A stretch of DNA of 51,210 nt, counting the filler, from Sphacelaria rigidula (Eukaryota): assembly GCA_964200075.2 (NCBI GenBank). It is 3 parts of 3 records of this genome, joined end to end, with 100 filler letters (N's around TTAATTAATTAA, not from the genome) between each part and the next. Parts side by side here need not be neighbours in the genome. Positions count along the whole stretch, not along the records: positions 34,209 to 51,210 come from CAXNAA020001194.1; 2 more parts are not named here. The stretch is one strand, 5' to 3'. Each line of letters starts with the position of its first letter. Position 1 is the stretch's first letter. This document shows positions 50,189-51,210 of this stretch, piece after piece. Position numbers and translations under genes: made by a program. Under the pieces are notes generated by a model. That model saw nothing but the letters and a program-made list of their open reading frames with translations, was not told the origin of the DNA and did no database searches.

Positions 50189-51210
50189 TTGAGAGATAAC
50201 TCGTTCTCCTTTTTTTCGTCTCTTTGGACTTTCAATCATCATCGACGACGATAAAACCCGACCGGAAAAGAATCTAAACGAGGCAGAAGACACTCATCCT
50301 GCACTACGAAAAAAATGCGTAGGTTTTGCTGACTCATGAGTGCTTCGAAAACAGACGAAGGGGACAACGTACATCGAGAGAGTGAAGTTACGATAGCGCA
50401 CCTACTGCGTTGTTGAAATTGCTACGGTCACCGCAATGAAGCACAGTGCTGCTACTGAGAGTAGTTGGAAGTTCATCCCAGTGAAACGCAGTAGAGTACA
50501 GTTCAATGCAAGCGCGATAGTAGAGTGCCGGAGTACAGATGGATCAAAATAGGGTGTGTACTGTAACGGACCGAAACTTCAGAGGAGAATATGCGGCATA
50601 TCACTACGACCAAAAACATCCGGGTTCAACCACGTCTATCAGCTTCCACTATGAACTCTTAGCGCACACTGTAAAGTTTCAACGCCTCCACTCTGCACTA
50701 TGACTCTATGTTCAGAGTTTTTTCCCGAAACTCTCTAATGAAAATATATTGATATTAATTAATTAGTTGGTTGGTTGGTTGGTCGGTTGGTTGTTGGGAA
50801 TTGGTGAATTTTTTTATTGGACAAAGGGAAGAACAATATTGATGAATATTTCCAGTACAAAGTTACCGGTCGATGGCGCCGTGGCCTTTCCGACTGCCTC
50901 GCCGTGTCACAGGGAAGTCACGAAGACGATACTGACTGTAGGTCGGGATGTCATGCACGTGCAGGCAATATCTTGTTAACTCTATGGGGTCGTTGCTTGG
51001 CGTGGGAGCGAGGGATGGGTAATCATATGAAGCCGCTTGCTCTTGCGCAACGAACAAACTTTGCAAAAAAAACTATTTTGATGATTCAGTGCCAAATTTT
51101 CCGGCATACAACAGTGAATCCTAGAAAATGAGGTTGATACAAAATATGGGGTTGAAGTGGCATCTCTCTCTTACAGGGAAGACGCGAAACACTAGCGACC
51201 TAGCGAAGCA

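Overview
This is eukaryotic, intron-rich and TE-rich genomic DNA, most likely from a brown alga or related stramenopile (inferred from gene style, long introns and repeat types). It is not prokaryotic, and most ORFs in the six-frame track are spurious. The window is an artificial concatenation of three probably unrelated contigs of near-identical length (1-17004, 17105-34108, 34209-51210) joined by N44-TTAATTAATTAA-N44 spacers, so synteny across the joins should not be assumed. Contig 1 holds the six 3' exons of a minus-strand ALDH3-type aldehyde dehydrogenase with a C-terminal membrane anchor; its introns contain MITEs, a ~445-bp foldback element and an ancient ~167-bp tandem array. Contig 2 holds a head-to-head gene pair. 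One partner is the first exon of a glycosylasparaginase-like (AGA) gene, followed by a 5.2-kb hAT-type element (8-bp TSD) with nested piggyBac-like, tRNA-SINE and 5S-derived insertions. The other is a 6-exon, ~850-aa disordered/coiled-coil gene with an N-terminal RVxF motif and two predicted consecutive GC-AG introns. Contig 3 holds a ~10.9-kb satellite of ~150-164-bp monomers with 5-mer and 3-mer higher-order structure and a divergence gradient, followed by degenerate repeats.
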